Below, piece by piece: positions 7,951-10,316 of a DNA stretch of 10,316 nucleotides. The position numbers were made by a program, and so were the translations under genes. The notes beneath the pieces are model-generated. The model made no database searches. It was not told the DNA's origin and saw only the letters and a program-made list of their open reading frames with translations. Each line of letters opens with the position of its first letter. The first letter of the stretch is position 1. The stretch is from Candidatus Micrarchaeota archaeon (lineage in GTDB: Archaea > Micrarchaeota > Micrarchaeia > Anstonellales > Bilamarchaeaceae), in assembly GCA_016180665.1 (NCBI GenBank), contig JACPAS010000046.1:1-10316 (forward strand). The letters run 5' to 3'.

Positions 7951-9052
7951 CTCTGTTTGCCTTGTCAGGCAAATCTCTAGAAATGCGTTGAGCATTTCTA
8001 GATCTATTGAGTATGTTTATTGATGCATTCAAGTCCCTGTCTATGGATAGTCCACAGTTTTTACAGTTGTGAATTCTTTCAAACAGACTCTTCTGAACTA
8101 TATTTCCACAACTGCTGCATTCTTTACTTGTATTTTTAGGATTTACAAACACCACTCTGGAACCAGCACTCTCAGCCTTGTAACTAAGGATGTTCATAAA
8201 TTTACTCCATGCAGCATCATTAATGTTTTTTCCATGATTATTCATAGCCATGTCTCTTATTTCCAGATTTTCCAATGCAATCAGAGAATAATTGGAAAGA
8301 ATCATATTTGCTGTTTTATGCAGAAAATCATTCCTTACATTAGCTATCTTTTCATGTATTCCTGCTATTTTTATTCTTGCCTTAATCCTGTTTCTTCCCC
8401 TCTTCTGCTTTCTTGATAGTTTTCTCTGGAAGAATGCAAGTCTCTTTTCCCATTTCTTCAGATGATGGGGGTTTCTTATAAAAGTGCCATCTGAGAGGAC
8501 TGCGAAATTCATAAGGCCTAAATCCATACCTGCTGCATTTCCACTGTTTATTTTTAGCTGCTGCTTTTCTTCTTTAACTGTAAAAATAGCATAGAATTTT
8601 CCTGAAGACTCTCTCTTTATTGTTAGTGTCTTAATTTCTCCTTTTATTTCCCTGTGTTTCTTAATAGAGATTTCATCAAAAGGAGTTACTTTTAGTTTTT
8701 CTCCAAGTGAAAACCCAAACTGGGGATAAACAAGGCTTTTCATCTGGCTGAAATTTTTAAATCTTGGAAACCCAGCCTTCTTCTTTAGTTTAATTTTTCT
8801 GTTTACTGCATCAATTAATCTATCAGCCAGTTCCTGCCCAACTTGTGAGAATAGGCCTTTGTTTTTTACTAACTCTCTTAACTCTTTTTTGGTTGGAAAT
8901 TTCTTTTCCTTATTATATTTACTCTTACACACTGAGAGCATATGATTCCATAATTCTTTGGATAACCAGAGCTGATAGTTGATTAATTCAGTTTGCTTTT
9001 TTGACGGATAGAGCCTGAATTTATATGCTCTTATCTGTTTTTCTTCACTCAT
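7859..9052 (-). CDS. tnpB: TnpB (IS605 OrfB-type RNA-guided endonuclease; RuvC-like plus zinc finger)
   Basis: The N-terminal signature is AYKFRLYPSKKQ. RuvC-I is GMDLGL, RuvC-II is ENLEIRDMAMNN, and the zinc finger is CSSCG...CKNCG followed by RuvC-III DRDLNASINI. All catalytic D/E/D residues are present. Confidence 0.95.
   Translation of the reverse strand: MSEEKQIRAYKFRLYPSKKQTELINYQLWLSKELWNHMLSVCKSKYNKEKKFPTKKELRELVKNKGLFSQVGQELADRLIDAVNRKIKLKKKAGFPRFKNFSQMKSLVYPQFGFSLGEKLKVTPFDEISIKKHREIKGEIKTLTIKRESSGKFYAIFTVKEEKQQLKINSGNAAGMDLGLMNFAVLSDGTFIRNPHHLKKWEKRLAFFQRKLSRKQKRGRNRIKARIKIAGIHEKIANVRNDFLHKTANMILSNYSLIALENLEIRDMAMNNHGKNINDAAWSKFMNILSYKAESAGSRVVFVNPKNTSKECSSCGNIVQKSLFERIHNCKNCGLSIDRDLNASINILNRSRNAQRISRDLPDKANRATLGSRGSNACGDRTEVLPMKQEAHEFIHG
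7862..7881 (-). repeat. Perfect palindrome CCCATGAAT-AA-ATTCATGGG overlapping the last codons of tnpB. Candidate RE subterminal hairpin or omega-RNA stem.
   Basis: The exact 9-nt arms are seen directly. The consensus is shared with the palindrome at 9201-9220. Confidence 0.6.
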
Positions 9053-9073
9053 GGAATTTTAAGGCTGAAAGTT

Positions 9074-9083
9074 CTTTATAAAG
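9074..9083 (-). promoter_or_regulatory. TATA-box-like palindromic element CTTTATAAAG ~26 bp upstream of the tnpB start codon
   Basis: The position relative to the minus-strand ATG at 9052 fits an archaeal promoter for a leaderless tnpB mRNA. Confidence 0.4.
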
Positions 9084-9200
9084 AAAATTGGGGGTCTTTG
9101 CCAAACTAGTTTTGTATCTTCAGTTTCCTATCCTGTGGAAAGTGCAGCAACGTAAATATTTATATTAACGAATGTACCTATTATTTATATCGCAATTTCT

Positions 9201-9220
9201 CCCACCTATAAATAGGTGGG
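9201..9220 (-). repeat. Perfect palindrome CCCACCTAT-AA-ATAGGTGGG. Candidate LE subterminal hairpin of the IS; it also contains the TATAAATA box upstream of pdxS.
   Basis: The exact 9-nt arms are seen directly, with the same consensus and loop as 7862-7881. It lies 150 bp upstream of tnpB and 20 bp upstream of the pdxS ATG. Confidence 0.6.
9207..9214 (+). promoter_or_regulatory. TATA box (TATAAATA) ~26-33 bp upstream of the pdxS ATG at 9240, embedded in the palindrome
   Basis: Canonical archaeal TATA spacing for a leaderless transcript. No Shine-Dalgarno-like sequence is obvious upstream of the ATG. Confidence 0.45.
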
Positions 9221-9239
9221 TTTCCTTGCGTTGATTCTT

Positions 9240-10139
9240 ATGACAATTCAAAAAGGCACATTCACAGTTAAATCTGGCTTAGCGCAGATGCTCAAAGGAG
9301 GAGTAATAATGGATGTTGTTAATGCCGAGCAGGCTAAGATCGCAGAAGAAGCTGGTGCAGTAGCAGTAATGGCTTTGGAACGCGTCCCTGCCGACATTAG
9401 AATTGCTGGTGGAGTTGCAAGAATGAGCGACCCACTCAAAATTAAAGAGATTAAAGCAGCAGTTACTATTCCGGTAATGGCAAAATGCAGGATTGGCCAT
9501 TTTGTTGAAGCACAGATTTTGGAATATTTGAGAATTGATTTTATTGATGAAAGCGAAGTTCTAACTCCGGCTGACGAAGAATTTCACGTTGATAAAACGA
9601 AATTTACTGCACCTTTTGTTTGCGGGGCTAGAAATTTGGGCGAAGCCTTACGCAGAATAAATGAAGGAGCTGCAATGATTAGAACAAAGGGAGAAGCAGG
9701 AACTGGCAATATCGTAGAGGCAGTTAAACATATTCGTGCGATTAATAAAGGAATTGAGGAATTGGTTGAAGCTAATGGGAGGAATAATGATCAAAAACTA
9801 AGAGACTATGCAAGAAAGTTTCGTGTTCCTCTTGATTTGGTGAAAGAAACTGCAAAACTTGGAAGGTCGACAGTAGTTAATTTTGCTGCTGGAGGAATTG
9901 CTACTCCAGCCGATGCCGCACTATGCATGCAACTTGGGGTTGATGGCGTATTTGTTGGTTCAGGGATATTCAAATCTTCTGATCCTGAAAAACGTGCACG
10001 TGCAATTGTTGATGCGGTTGCACATTTTAATGATGCTGCAAAAGTTGCTGACGCATCAGAAGGCTTGGGCGATGCGATGAAGGGGTTGGATATCGCTGTT
10101 TTGAAAGAAGAGGAACGTCTTGCGAAAAGAGGGAATTAG
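9240..10139 (+). CDS. pdxS: Pyridoxal 5'-phosphate synthase lyase subunit PdxS (SNZ family)
   Basis: [54 protein letters not shown] is the PdxS N-terminus almost verbatim, and the family pattern is matched throughout. The ORF-track start at 9216 is a GTG that adds 8 residues not seen in PdxS proteins, so the ATG at 9240 is preferred. No pdxT is adjacent. Confidence 0.9.
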   Translation: MTIQKGTFTVKSGLAQMLKGGVIMDVVNAEQAKIAEEAGAVAVMALERVPADIRIAGGVARMSDPLKIKEIKAAVTIPVMAKCRIGHFVEAQILEYLRIDFIDESEVLTPADEEFHVDKTKFTAPFVCGARNLGEALRRINEGAAMIRTKGEAGTGNIVEAVKHIRAINKGIEELVEANGRNNDQKLRDYARKFRVPLDLVKETAKLGRSTVVNFAAGGIATPADAALCMQLGVDGVFVGSGIFKSSDPEKRARAIVDAVAHFNDAAKVADASEGLGDAMKGLDIAVLKEEERLAKRGN

Positions 10140-10316
10140 ATGCCTCACTCTGATTTTGTTTTACCGCTGGTCAAGAAAGTTGGGGAGATAATTGACCGTG
10201 CATATCGTTCTGATTTAGTAGAATTTAGTGAAAAGGGAAAAACTGATTATTTAACGAAAATAGACACTGATGTTGAGCAAGAGATTAGGAAAGCATTGAA
10301 GAGAGAATATCCTGAT
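10140..10316 (+). CDS. Inositol monophosphatase / FBPase-IMPase family protein, N-terminal 59 codons (3'-truncated by window end)
   Basis: MPHSDFVLPLVKKVGEIIDRAYRSDLVEFSEKGKTDYLTKIDTDVEQEIRKALKREYPD matches the IMPase N-terminal region (K...D.VT..D...E..I...L...YP). The ATG immediately follows the pdxS stop (TAGATG), suggesting co-transcription and translational coupling. Confidence 0.6.
   Translation, partial: MPHSDFVLPLVKKVGEIIDRAYRSDLVEFSEKGKTDYLTKIDTDVEQEIRKALKREYPD

Larger units (their letters stand above)
7790..9240 (-). mobile_element. IS200/IS605-family insertion sequence of the tnpB-only (IS1341-like) type. The ends are approximate.
   Basis: A single intact tnpB is flanked by two related perfect palindromes: 7862-7881 (CCCATGAAT-AA-ATTCATGGG) and 9201-9220 (CCCACCTAT-AA-ATAGGTGGG). 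These match the subterminal LE/RE hairpins typical of this family. No tnpA and no inverted terminal repeats are present, as expected for IS200/IS605 elements. Confidence 0.5.

Noticed and set aside
9231-9235. TTGAT pentamer (the ISDra2 target/TAM) just outside the presumptive IS left end
   Set aside because: It is on the plus strand, whereas the IS top strand (the tnpB coding strand) is the minus strand. TAM sequences are element-specific and cannot be inferred from one copy.
9216-9239. GTG start at 9216 for pdxS as given in the ORF track
   Set aside because: It would begin inside the palindrome/TATA box and adds 8 residues not seen in PdxS proteins. The ATG at 9240 gives the canonical PdxS N-terminus at proper promoter spacing.
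1-10316. CRISPR arrays, tRNA/rRNA genes, tandem repeats
   Set aside because: Intergenic spacers are short and AT-rich with no regularly spaced direct repeats. No segment has the GC-rich paired-stem pattern of a tRNA or the length and conservation of rRNA.

Overview
This is an AT-rich, gene-dense window that reads as archaeal. The evidence is a type-2 methionine aminopeptidase, PdxS, TATA-like boxes about 26 bp upstream of start codons, and mostly leaderless genes. Most of the content is housekeeping or envelope genes, listed in order. (1) A 5'-truncated polyamine aminopropyltransferase with a fused N-terminal membrane domain. (2) Methionine aminopeptidase. (3) An SPFH/stomatin-like protein. 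(4) A frameshifted NAD-dependent epimerase/dehydratase. (5) A 448-aa hypothetical protein whose C-terminus looks like a divergent M23/LytM peptidase domain (HxxxD kept, HxH replaced by YxC). (6) Orotate phosphoribosyltransferase PyrE. (7) A small PQ-loop (SemiSWEET-like) membrane protein. (8) A NeuB-family nonulosonic-acid synthase. (9) PdxS. (10) The first ~59 codons of an inositol-monophosphatase-family gene. The one accessory feature is a standalone TnpB (IS200/IS605-family, IS1341-like, no tnpA) inserted between neuB and pdxS. Its catalytic residues are intact. Two closely related perfect 9+2+9 palindromes (CCCAnnnAT-AA-ATnnnTGGG) bracket tnpB and are candidate LE/RE subterminal hairpins. 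The presumptive LE hairpin encloses the TATA box of pdxS. An omega-RNA is expected at the tnpB 3' end. No rRNA, tRNA or CRISPR array was seen.
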